In this document: in pieces, positions 1 through 12,600 of the stretch
Numbering within the stretch: the first letter of the stretch is position 1
Layout of the letters: the number at the start of each line of letters is the position of its first letter
DNA from: Chrysomallon squamiferum
Lineage: Eukaryota; Animalia; Mollusca
DNA: 64,000 bases
NCBI GenBank assembly: GCA_012295275.1
Contig: CM022675.1
Coordinates: 13,082,001-13,146,000, forward strand
Reading direction: 5' to 3'
Position numbers and translations under genes: made by a program
Notes under the pieces: model-generated
The model's database searches: none
What the model was told of the DNA's origin: nothing
The model's input: only the letters and a program-made list of their open reading frames with translations

Positions 1-135
1 TAACTGGCGCACGAATGAAACATGAGAAAATTCGTACATCAGTTGTGACACCACAAAACTCGTAACTAAGAATAAGAGAGATAACTTAGAACATGGACGT
101 GATATCAACACTCGTACTTGAAAGAAAGAACACGG

Positions 136-215
136 TTATAGTTGAAAGAAAGTTTTTAAAACTCGGACGTGAAAGGATGTGAATCTGGAGAAATGGAATT
201 CAAAGAGATTTGCAC
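136..215 (-). CDS. Possible second exon of the signal-peptide gene ([26 protein letters not shown])
   Basis: Strong acceptor TTCTTTCTCTCAG at 228-216. Phase-1 join to the 1457-1526 exon is open to TAA at 138-136. No homology recognised. Confidence 0.3.
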
Positions 216-329
216 CTGAGAGAAAGAATGAAAGAATTTTCAGGATTTGAATGTTAGAAAATAAAAATTTGATCTTTTTGCAGTAACACGGTATATCTCC
301 ATGCATACATATGAATACATTATACATAG

Positions 330-462
<133 letters not shown>

Positions 463-842
463 AATTAATTTCTTTATTTCTTTATTTAATTGTTTATTTG
501 CTTTTTTATTTATTTATTTATTTACTTACTTACCTACTTATTTATGACTGTATTTAATGATCAACTACAAAGTGACATTTTACAAAGTGGTATTTAATTA
601 TTAGTTTATATTCATGTAAGACTGACATTTTCATTACTTATCAGTAGTAAACGTTCAACTGTCGGTTTATCAAAATAATAAGAAAAATAAATGGCGTGAA
701 AAATATGCTTCTCATGGTATTTTGTTCATATATGTACTGTAATTATCTTTGTCTCCAAGAGTTTTTATATTTTCATGGATGTTATGAGGGTATTTTTGTT
801 TAATAATATATATATATATATATATATCATGTACTTATTTGA

Positions 843-844
<2 letters not shown>

Positions 845-920
<76 letters not shown>

Positions 921-935
921 TACGAGAGAGAGAGA
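845..935. repeat. (TG)n followed by (GA)n microsatellite
   Basis: Direct reading. Confidence 0.95.
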
Positions 936-1456
936 GTATATATGGTAAATAGTTTCTTATGTCGATAAGCAATTATTTAGTGTTGACAAAAAGACAAAGA
1001 TTATCATTTGCATCAGTAAATAATTTCAATTTTTCTAAATTGAGATTATACTCTTTTTTAAATAAAATGTAAATTTGAATATTAATATTTAACGTATGGG
1101 GATCAGTATTCTATTGGTACTTCATTTCAGGATAACACTTTGCATTTCAGATTGGCGAAAATGATTTTATTGAGTCAAAATTTTGTTTATTAGCTTATTT
1201 TGTTTTGTTTTCTCATCTTAACATATTCAGCAAACAAGGAACCCAGCAGCTATTTCACCACAAGTAAAACACACACCTCACATTAAGAGAACTCATAGTC
1301 TTTGTACAAACTCATCTCTACAGTAATATTTTGTCTTCATAAGTAAATAAATATTAAATAAATGTACTGAAATTTTAAACTCTACGTGGAGAAAAGGTTA
1401 ACGTTTGTTATATAAATGATGAAAGGTAAATAAACAAATTGATTTAGTATACTTAC

Positions 1457-1526
1457 CAGCTGTCACAGAAGCAACTGTCAAGAAAGTTAGAAGAAGATAC
1501 AAGTTTTGAAAATCGAGACGAAACAT
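1457..1526 (-). CDS. Putative first coding exon encoding a signal peptide (MFRLDFQNLYLLLTFLTVASVTA) of a secreted protein
   Basis: ATG at 1526-1524, 23 codons + 1 nt, then a consensus G|GTAAGT donor (phase 1). Hydrophobic core ending V-T-A fits a signal peptidase site. TATTTATA on the - strand at 1602-1595. Confidence 0.55.
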
Positions 1527-1779
1527 GACAGAAATCTTACAGTACTCTGATCCCTGTCTGTTTCTGTTTGATGGAGTTTCTGCGTCGCTACTGGTATAAA
1601 TACACAGAACTGCATAGTAAAAACTCTATAAAAAAAACGTGGTGATATCATGTTACTGCAAACGATCTCCACACACATGCAATAAATATAATAATTTGCA
1701 TATTCAGAGCAGAACTTGTTTTAAGAGGACAGGACGGCTCTCGCAATAACAGATAAATAATTTATTCACAATATAATTA

Positions 1780-2065
1780 ACAGGACTTTAGATGGGATAG
1801 GTTAACTAGGACTGTTGGTGGAATACATTACATAGGGCTGTTGATGGGATAGGTTACACAGATCTGTACATACATAAGACTGTTCATAGTATAGTCTCTG
1901 TAGGATTTTAGATAGGATAGTTAGAGTTCACAAGAATGGATTTAGGATACAGAGGACTTTATATATGACGTGTTATGTAGGACTGTTGACAGGATACGTT
2001 TCAGAGCACCAAATATAGGATAGCTTATATAGGACTGTAAAAAGGACAGCTTACACTTGACTTAT
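1780..2065. repeat. Degenerate ~26-bp minisatellite (consensus approx. AGGACTGTTGATGGGATAGGTTACAT), ~10 copies
   Basis: Recurring AGGACT...GGATAG..TTAC motif at ~26-bp spacing. Confidence 0.65.
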
Positions 2066-2289
2066 GTACCATTAAACGTATCATCAAAAATTGCTTTTGG
2101 CTAGATAAAAGTCATAAGAAATTCACATTTAATTAGAACAAATTAAGTTCATTAACATTCTAAAACACACTCACACACACACACAAGTTTTCTCTTATTT
2201 ATTTTATTCTAATAATTTGTTTGCTTTCGTTGTTATGTTCCTTTGTTTTTGCGTGTGCTTTATTTTTGTTTATTAATGTAATAATTTAT

Positions 2290-2621
2290 TTATTCATTCC
2301 TTTATTCTTTCTGTGTTTGTTTGCTTATTTGATTTTTTTTTTTTTTTTTTCTTGTTTGTTTGTTTTTACATTTATTGATTTATTTATTTAAATACATTGA
2401 CACCCTCACCACGTAAAACAGACTTTTTTCATAAATAAAGCAGTTTTGTGGGGGTTTTATGAGTACATGTATAAAATATGTGTGTAAGTGTACATACTAT
2501 TTGTATACGTGTATTATTTATTTATTTATTTATTAACTTATTTATTTACTCATTCATTCATTCATTCTTTCTGTGTTTGGCTGCTTGATTTTTGTTCTTG
2601 TTTGTTTGGTTTTATGTTTGT

Positions 2622-2657
<36 letters not shown>

Positions 2658-2720
2658 ATGCATTCACCCTTACTAAGTTAAAGAGGTTTTGTTCTGAAAT
2701 AAAATAGTTTTGTGTTTCTT
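2290..2720. repeat. Old ~250-bp tandem duplication
   Basis: TTCTTTCTGTGTTTG...TTTAAAT(A/G)CATT..CACCCT...AAATAAA..AGTTTTGTG occurs at ~2305-2450 and ~2565-2715. Confidence 0.55.
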
Positions 2721-3089
2721 TTATTTTTTGTTTGTTTTCACTTTTTTATGTTTTTATTATTATTGTTACATTTTATTTATTTATTCGTTCATTCATTCAT
2801 TCATTTATTGATTCATTAATTCGTCTATTTATTTATTCGTTCATTCATTCATCTATTTATTTATTTATTTATTTATTTTTTTTATTATAATCACTATTAT
2901 TTTATTATGGTCACTAATGTGAACGTACTGTCTAATTATCTGTATTTTAAAATGGTATTGTTAGCGTGAAGTAAAAATACAATCACACAAAGGAAATATG
3001 TAAATCTTTAAAATATATATATACATATAATATTTGTGTGTGTTTGTGTGTGTACGTCTATACGTGTCTGTCAGTATATATGTGTCTAT

Positions 3090-3121
<32 letters not shown>

Positions 3122-3569
3122 ATAGATAAACAGACAGAGAGACAGAGAAATAGACACAGACAGATATGTATGTATATTTGTATGTATGCATATATGAATG
3201 CACGTATGTGTGTGTCCATTTTATGTAGGAATGCTAATGGGATAGATTGGTGACATTGGCTCTCTATTTCAAAAAATTTGATTTTTGATTAACTAATTAA
3301 TTCATTCATTTATTTAATTATTTATTTCATATTTGTACGTGAAGAAAGAATACAAGAGAATGTTTCTTTAACCTTCTCTGTCCGCTTCGGGAAGAGATCA
3401 TGAAAACGAGGAAAATTACACGATTAAACAGAGACGAAATGATATACGAACTATACGTGTAATATTTTACTAAGCCGAAATCAAAATACGTTAAATAAAA
3501 TAACGTTTCAGAGTTCATCTGTGACAGCTAACAGAAAATGCTGTTAAGAACTGTTTGTTGCTGTGTTAG

Positions 3570-3781
3570 CAAGTCCGGATTTGTATGTAGGCTTTCTAGG
3601 CTACACCCTAGGGCGGCAGGATGATAAGGGCGGATTTGTGGGCTTTTCCATAAGTTATTAAAAAATCATATATTTCATATTCTATAATAAACAAAGTTGG
3701 AAGGGTGAAGAAGTGGGCTTGAACAGAGGGCGGTTAAATTTCTGTAGCCTGTGGGCGACAAGAACAGTAAATCCGGCACTG
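3570..3781. mobile_element. Non-autonomous hAT-type MITE, 212 bp
   Basis: Imperfect TIRs CAAGTCCGGATTTG / TAAATCCGGCACTG, flanked by a perfect 8-bp TSD TGTGTTAG (3562-3569 and 3782-3789). An 8-bp TSD and CAG-type ends are typical of hAT. Confidence 0.8.
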
Positions 3782-4159
3782 TGTGTTAGCACACTGGAGT
3801 GCAAGGTCAAAGATGGTGGATGCAGATACAACGAATTTATAACAACCTCCCGGGCAACGTCGTGTAGTTCAAGGTCGCGCATTTGTCGTACATTTAACGA
3901 GTAGAAAACAAAAAAGTGTCTTGTAATTATTTCTGAAATTCTTTCTTTATTCTGCGGTTGTAATTATTTTGATTCTGCCAAGTCAGTATAATTAACTCTT
4001 TTTAACTACAAAGGTTTGTTGAGCGATTCCAGTTGACGAAACGACGTTTTAAAACCAAAACTGCATGTTAATTACAGAGCTAAATTTTTACAATGTCACA
4101 CAGCATGTTGTGTTATCAACGACTGACGACTACAACGACACATTCTTCTCGGCAACAGA

Positions 4160-4220
4160 CCAGACCAATGTTGTAAGGGAGACTCAGACGACTTCCGGTG
4201 TGTCGGGAGTTACTTCCGGT
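4160..4220. promoter_or_regulatory. Housekeeping-type promoter motifs: CCAAT box and two ETS/GABP sites
   Basis: CCAAT at ~4165; ACTTCCGG at 4191-4198 and 4212-4219, in a locally CpG-rich patch 1.6 kb upstream of the MARS1 ATG. Confidence 0.5.
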
Positions 4221-5461
4221 AATATCCCGTCAGAGCAATGAAGAGTAAGGAAACTAATCGGCAGGAAAATGTTGGATTCCAACATTCGTGTCGTGCATTC
4301 GTTCGTTCGTTTTACACCCGCACATACCCACATCCACACACGTATAGACATACTACATACATACATAAACACACACACGCGCGCGCGCGCACACACACTA
4401 ACACTAACACACACACACGTACGTTGAGCGGTTTAATAGATTTTTTTTCTTCTTCAGTGGGTGGAGGGTGCGCTCCTTTTTTTCCCCCTTATTAATTCAA
4501 ACACACCCCACCCCACCCCCACCAAAATTCGTGTCTTGCTGGTTCATCGATGATGCAAAATGCGAGATTTATTTTTGTATCATTTTCTTTTCCTTCCATT
4601 ATTAAGAACTTGTCAGTGTTAAAACATTAAGGTCACAGTTACTTCAAAGGTCACGTGTAGAATCAGCCTTGCGCGTAGTTAGGCGTTTAGGTTTGAGAGT
4701 TTTGTGTGAGACGTTTGTGTTTTGTGTGATGTCGTGTGTTGTTTTGGATGCTGTGTTGTAATATTTTGTGTTCCTTGCCCTGAATGATATCTGTAACGTA
4801 TGCATCTTTGTATGTTTGATGTATCTTGAATGTTTGTGTTATGTGTCTGTTTTCTCTACCCTGTCTGTGTTTTATGTCCGGTTTGACGTGGTGTGACATT
4901 TTGTAATGTCTGTAATGTTGTCTGTATGTCTGTTTTCTGTCCACTGTGCTGCTTCTGTGATGTGGTGTGTGACCTGTGGTGTGATGTTTTTTGTTCCTTG
5001 TCCTGTATTATATATGTTTTGTATGCATTTTTGTATGTTTGTTGTTCTTGCCTGTTTCTGTTTTGTTTCTGATGTTGCCTGTGTGTCTGTTTCGTGTACT
5101 CTGCGATGTCCGGTGTGGTGTTTAGTGTGTTTACTGGATATGTGTCTGTGTATGATTGGGTAAGAGTTTTGTGTTTTGTGTTATCTGTTTTGTGTTATCT
5201 GTTTTGTGTTCTCTATTGTTGTCGTCAACATGCAAAAAATCAAGCCAGACTACTTTCCTATAATCATGTTTAAAGCATGAGGGTATGTATAATATATCAT
5301 TTTCTGTCGGCTCGAAATATAATTAACCCTTTAGCTGCGTTAGCAAAAACAAAAAGCTGTCCTCCATCGTCCTGTCTCTGATTTATAATGTGATTTTTGA
5401 AACGCAATAATCATTAACTCATTGTGTCATGGTTTGTTTGTTTGTTGTTGTTGTGTTTTGT

Positions 5462-5523
<62 letters not shown>

Positions 5524-5817
5524 ATTAATTTATTTAATATGAAAATTATATTTGCGAATGGAATCTTTCTTTGTAATTGCATGATCACTGACATTTAACT
5601 GAATAAATGGTAGAATTTTAGCAGTAACCAGAAATAATTTAAAGAAAAATACGTTTAGAGTTATCTTTCTTTGTACATGTGCCAGCAGTAGCCGCGAGGT
5701 TTGTTATCTATATTTTCTTTTCTGACGCAAACTAAAATAATTAAGTGAAATACTGGTGTTTTAAAAAATCGTCTGGCTCAACCTAATCTTCGCATTTATG
5801 TTGTTTTTATATCAGCA

Positions 5818-8800
5818 ATGAAGATTTATACGGACGCAGGGAATATCCAGACTGTGAAGTTGTTGGCAGCCGCCAACACAGCTGGCGTTAATATTGACAT
5901 CGAAGTAGTAAAACATGACGGTGAGAAATATCATATAACCATAATTTTTCAGAGAATTAGGTTCCCTGTTTAAAATATTTCTTAAACTGTTTTAAAGTGA
6001 AACCATCTCCATGTTTTAAAAGTCGCAGATGTAGCGAGTCAAAAATGTCAAACGATAATTAATTTTTTCACATCCAGTCATTGAGTCAAGTTCCAGGACC
6101 CTTTACTTTAGTGAATTAGTCTTTTACAAGTTTTAGTTTTAGAACTTTTGCCAAATATCGCTTTAGATCAAATAACTAATAATAATAAAAAATAAATGTT
6201 TCTAACATAAACATATTGCTAAAGTGTAAATTTCTCCATTCTGCACATTTTGACTATATAAATTATAATATATTAAAATATTCTGAAATCTTGCTAAACA
6301 TTTATTTATTTATTTATTTTACAGAGCGTATTGTGCCCTATCTGAAATCACACAGATTTCCAGTACTTGAAGTTTTTCCTGGAAAATTTATCTTTTTAGC
6401 AAATGCAGCTTTACGGTAAGTTGTAATCTTTTAGTATACAGTTATATTTAAATATAAATAAATCTTCCGTCAGTATAATTAATTGCTATTCTGACTTACA
6501 GAATTTATAAAATTTATGTATTAATTTGATTATGAAGGATAAAATACAAAGAAGCAGTGTTAATTTGAATCTAACTATGAAGGAAAGAACTATGAAAATA
6601 AAACTGTGCTGTTCTTTTTATAAATACATTCCTGTTTTTCAAACTGTTATTCGAAATCGATTTATTGCCTGTTTCAATTAAAATTGCTAGAAATTAAAAG
6701 TTTTTAATTAAGACTCATATCTTAGCGTATATAAGACACAATAATTTTCAGGTATTTGATATCGCTGGGCGGTAAAGCCATCAGTGATGCAGAAGAAGAT
6801 GAATGGTTGGAATGGGATAGTACTCAGCTTCTGGTGAGATTGTCTACAATTGTTTTTGTTTTTCTCTTTTATTAATAATTTTTTGCTGATTCACTATTTA
6901 TGTTTAATTTCATGTTTTTCATTGAGAATGATGTCATTAATCTGTATGATCCACAACCAGTTTTTAAAAATATTTGTTATATTTATTTTTATTTAGCCAA
7001 CAATCTGGCCACTGATAGTGAATGCCATCTGCCACAACAAAGTTGACAAAAGTCAGCTGAAGACCGCAGAACCATTGCTTCTTCACTTAAACAAAAAAGT
7101 TCATGGAAAATCATTTTTATTTGGCGTGAGTACATTTTTATAACTTAGTTACAGTGGTGAAGGATAAAGTACAACTTATTTGTACCTGCCTATTTGATAT
7201 AAGTTTATTAAAATTATTTAAGTGCTTTTTATCGAGTACTAGTTTTTTTAATTATTAATTTTTATTATTATTTTTATTTTATTCTTTGATACTTAGAGTA
7301 AACACTTTTGTAAAATATCACTAATCATGCATGATAAAAATAATACAAACTTTACATTTCTATTATTTTTCTGATATATTTTAACACAATATAATTTATT
7401 TAATTCGAAAATGTTCAGTGTTCTCTGTTGAAGATAAGATATTAAATTATCACCATATACATCATGCATGACACTATTTTGATCTGATGTAGGATACTTC
7501 TATAATATTTGTTTAATATTTATTTGTTTAAGTCGATACATTTAAAAATGTTTCTGTTTATGTAACAGAATAAGCAAAACAAAATTTATTTGATTTCTGT
7601 TCTGGCAGTTTTTGTGTTTTTCTTTTTCATTATTTGTTTATTTAATCTGATTTGTATTTCTTTCAGCATGAACTGTCCAGTGTGGATATTGCTGTGTTTT
7701 GTTCACTTTATCCCTTGTTGATCACTCCAAACCTGCAAGGTTAGTTAATTATTTAAATGTATGCATAACATGCATACAAATATATGTACCTACATTTGTA
7801 CATATATGCATACATATACATATAAACATGCAAGCATGCGTAGATCCACACATTCATACATACATGAACACAAACACACATATATTCACATTTTCACAAA
7901 TACATACTTATATACAAACAAATATGTGCACCTACATATGTACTTGTATAATCTGTTTTGAGATATGCAAGCATAATAATGTACTAATTGAAAACTACTA
8001 TTTGCAGTAAAATAAATTTATATGTTGTTATTTTCTAAACTAAATTTTACTGTATCAGTATTATTAATGGATTTTACAGGGATCTGTTTTTGTTTTAGTT
8101 TACCTTTACTACTAATCAGTTACTTATAGAACATATATATCATCTGCAGTTAATTGTTTTTTGTGTTTTTATTGTTTTTTTAGAATATATTAATATTTTT
8201 AATATTTCTCTTACTCACTTATTGATATCATCTACAATATTTCATTTTGATTAGTTAGTTTCATGAACCTTGTATAATGGTAAAATATCTTATGACACAG
8301 TATGTATTAAAAACAATTAGCATTTTTTAATGTTATTTTTCTCTACAGAGGATATGAAACTGTTTCCTGCAGTGTTGACTTGGGGACATTCTGTTCTGGC
8401 ACAACCACCTGTAGCAGAAGCAATTAAATTTGTCACTGGTGATCAAGGACTTAACTCGTTAAAGGTAAGTCTTTAGGAACCTACAAACTTACGAAGAAGC
8501 TATAATGTTCAGGTATGTTTGTCATGGACCAGGTCTCTGGCCTATCATTGGCTGCTATTAGGGTGTGTAAAATGAATTGTTAAACTTTCAAAACAAAATC
8601 ATAAAATAATGCCCAGCTTCAAATAGTTCACTGACAACATCAGAATATAGCTTTAAATGATGCATAAAACAACTCATTGTTGGAGATAAATCTAAACAGA
8701 GATACCACGTGTGTTTTGATCAAACTGACTACCACTGATGGCAAATGCTGATGAGTTTAATTAGGTAAATGCTACTCTCTAATAGAAAGTACACTAACAT

Positions 8801-9600
8801 TAGAAATTTCATGTAAGTACATTATAACTTCAAAATAAATTCGAAAGCTGTTTGCTTTCAGTTTTGTCTGATACACCCTTATTAGCTGTAATTATGCTTG
8901 TTTCTTTTCTAAATTTTAAACAGTGGGAATTAATGAAGTAATTTTGTTTATTAACCTTGGATAGTCAGTTTGGATTTAAGTATAAAATGGGTTTCCTGCA
9001 GTTTTTCAGAATCTTTGTTCTTTTTTGTTCGAATAAATTTTTAATAAATGTTAATATATAATTAAATATTCTCTTTTCACTGTCATCATTATATAGTTAA
9101 ATGATAATAACTGTTAATATTTTTTTTAAAGATTAAAAAATTAGGATTTTTAAAATTATTAATATTTATTCTTTTTTATTTACAACTTCTATAACAGAAC
9201 TCTTTGCTAGTCCATCCTGGTTTTCCATCTGTTAGCTCCGAGACCAGGAAACTGAAATCCACACAGTCTGGCCGAAGTTCTGCGACAGAGGATCATGGGA
9301 AGGAACAGTCTGCAGAACCAGTTGTAAGTTTTTATTTCATTTTATTATATATTATTTTATTTTATTTTAAATTATTTTATTTTTTTTATTAATTTTTTTT
9401 TTTTTTTTTTTTTTAAATGAGTGTTGGTAGGCAAGTTAAAAGGCCATGAGAATGCTGGATCTGATTCAGGAAAATTACAGTTATAATTAACTTTTATGAT
9501 TTCAGAAGATTATTACCTCGGAAGAACTGTCAGAAGCAGTCGCAGCCTGGGAGAAAGGATCTGAGACTTGTGCAAAACCACGAGTGAGAAAACATCCAAT
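5818..9600 (+). CDS. MARS1: Intact 5' part of MARS1: GST-like domain plus linker (exons 1-8, 815 nt)
   Basis: Eight exons with canonical GT-AG sites, consistent phases and no stop: MKIYTDAGNIQTVKLLAAA...RYLISLGG...EWLEWDSTQL...AVAAWEKG...RKHPI. Confidence 0.75.
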
Positions 9601-12600
9601 GTAAGACTAATTATTTATAACACAACCAGCTATCACTTGATATTACTAAACAACACAAAAACAATCGTGAACAACACTGATAAATAAATAATTACAAAGA
9701 AATTTTTAAATTAAAGAAACATATTTAAATTTTATATTAAATAAATATATCCAAGTATGTTCAGTGAATAAATAGTGATAAAATTGTTTGGATATTAAAG
9801 TGAATATGATATATATATATTTATTTTTGTGAATTCTGGTATTAATGTATCCCATTTTTGGGCAGAAACAACATTTATTTCTATTTTTTATTAGGTTTCT
9901 TGATAGTGAATGTTTTGAACTTCTCTTAATTTCATGTCTGATTTGTGTTTGTTTTGAAGGATTGCACAGGATATATTCTGGAAGTTGTACAATCGAGGAT
10001 ATGTTCTGAAGGATACTGTTAATCAGCTTCTGTGTGAAAAATGCAACAGGTAATAAGAATTAAACAATGCTATAGTTGTTTTGTTTGTTTTAATTCTATC
10101 CATGTCATGCATATAAAATAAAATGGCTTTTAGAATATAAATATTTTTTAATCTAGCATATTAATGTGATTTTTAAAATACATACACTTAAGTTTCCTTG
10201 TATAATTTGATATGATTGAATGGAATGATTACTAAAAAAAACAAATTAGCTATTTTTTGTTTTTATTTAATTAATATTTCTTTCTTTTATTAAGATAATT
10301 ATAATCATGATTAATGTTATTATTATCAGTGTTTTTGATATTATTAATAATATGCATTTTTTAAATGATTAATAACTACAGTCTTAGATAAACATGTTGT
10401 TATTGTTATTATTATTATTACCATTGTGTCCAGATTTCTGGCTGACTGTTTTGTCCATGGTGAATGTCCAGTGTGTGGCTATGACGATGCAAGAGGTGAC
10501 CAGTGTGATGCATGTGGCAAACTGATCAATGCTGTCGAACTGAAAAACCCAAAATGTAAATCTTGTCAGACGTCACCTGTCGTTAAAACATCTCACCATC
10601 TGCTTTTAGACCTGTTTTATTTTATATCAATTCATTTTCTCATATTAAATTATTTAGATATTCCACTTGACATTATTGTTATAGTTTCATTTCCTTCTGA
10701 AATAATGTTCTTTCTTTTTGGTTAACCATATATGAATTACAAGGACTCCAACATTTTTTGGGCAGAATGGTGAATTTAATATTTATTTATGTTGTCATTA
10801 TATAAGAAAAAAATAAAATTATCAAAATATTTTAATATTGGTAGGCTTATCATTTAGTAATATTCAGTGCAGTAATAAAACACACAAACATACACACACA
10901 CATACACACAATCACGTTGGCTTGTACTTACCAACATATTTATTGTTAATTTTATTCATACATTTTTGTGTTAGGGGGTATTGGTTTGAGTGTGTATATT
11001 TATGTCTACAGAGTTAGGATTATACATTTAGTAATTTTTTCAGAGTGAAGCTGATTTGAGAAAACACCTCGATAAAGTTTTCACCTCTGGAACCTGGACA
11101 ACAAACGCTAAAATGATAACAAACGCCTGGATTCGAGATGGACTGAAACCAAGATGTATCAGTTGTGACCTGAAGTGGGGGACCCCAGTACCACTGGCGG
11201 GATACACTGATAAAGTAAAATAAACTACTACATTTATAACAAAAAATAAAAATAACTTCTTCTCTTACAATTTACTTTCGGTTGAAAGATTGCTTTAAAA
11301 AAAGCGAAAGAAATGTTAACATAAAATAGTAGAATTTAGAAATCACATTTATATTGTAAGAAATTTATTCAGCATCATAAAAAAATAATTAATACTAAAT
11401 GTTAAGATGATAAATCTGATGCCAGTCTTGCAAAACATGTTATCCCTAAAATCCTGATTGGCTAATAATATAATTCCTTGCATCTGATTGGTCAAGAATA
11501 TAGTTCAAGATGTATGATAGGCTAAACAAATTTTATAATTGTTTGATTGGCTAGGTGAATATTGTAAAAGATTTAAACAACAGTTTATCTAAATTTAATA
11601 TTTGTATAATTATATTTTATGTATTGTTTATAATATAAAAATTAGGAAGACCTTTTTTTCTTTTTTTTTTCTTTCTTAGGAACATTTATTTATTTATTTA
11701 AATATTTTCATTTATTTGTGGTTAAATTTGCAGGTGTTCTATGTTTGGTTTGATGCTCCAATTGGCTATATTTCCATCACAGCCAACTACACTGATGAAT
11801 GGAAGCAGTGGTGGAAAAATCCATCAAAGGTTTTTCTTTTTCTAGTTCACATTTTTTTTTATTTGCATGTTTTCTGAAGTCAAAATAGCAAAAACAAAAA
11901 CAATTAAATGAATAATAACTTCAATAGATAAAAAAAAATTAAATTGATGTATATGAGTAAAAATATGATGACGTAGGTACGTTTCTGTTGGCATACACAT
12001 AGTCAGTATTTATCTAAATATCTTCTGTTTTTATATATATATATATATATGTATTAATCATGTTTTAATTTAGAATTTTTTAAATTTTATTTATCATTAT
12101 TTTATTTTTTAATTATTATCATAAGATTGAGATTGTTTTAATTTAGATTTTTAAATGTTTTTGTTTTATTTATTATGTAAATATTTTTTTAAATTATTAT
12201 AAGCTTGAGATTATTTTAATGTAGAAATGTTTAAATTTTATTTATTACTCTATTTGTTATCAGGTTGAGATGTACAACTTTCTTGGCAAGGACAATGTGC
12301 CGTTTCACAGTGTCATTTTTCCATCCACACTTCTCTGCACTGAAGATAACTACACCATCGTTAACCACATGTTGGCGACTGGTAAGCATTTGTCACTGTA
12401 GTGTAACTGTGACAGTTAATTAACCGTTTTTTATGTTGCCTTATTATGGGTTAGCAGAAAGTTTCAATGCCGTGTTTAATTTTAGAATATCTCAATTACG
12501 AAGACACCAAGTTTTCAAAGAGTCGAGGTGTAGGTGTGTTTGGAAATCAGGCTAAGGATACAGGTATACCTGCTGATGTCTACAGATTTTACCTGCTCTA

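Noticed and set aside
4687-5220. Cys/Val-rich and His/Lys-rich ORFs upstream of MARS1
   Set aside because: TG-rich low-complexity sequence, probably a degenerate simple repeat in the 5' intron
5323-5335. TTAACCCTTT piggyBac-like terminus
   Set aside because: No matching inverted end found nearby
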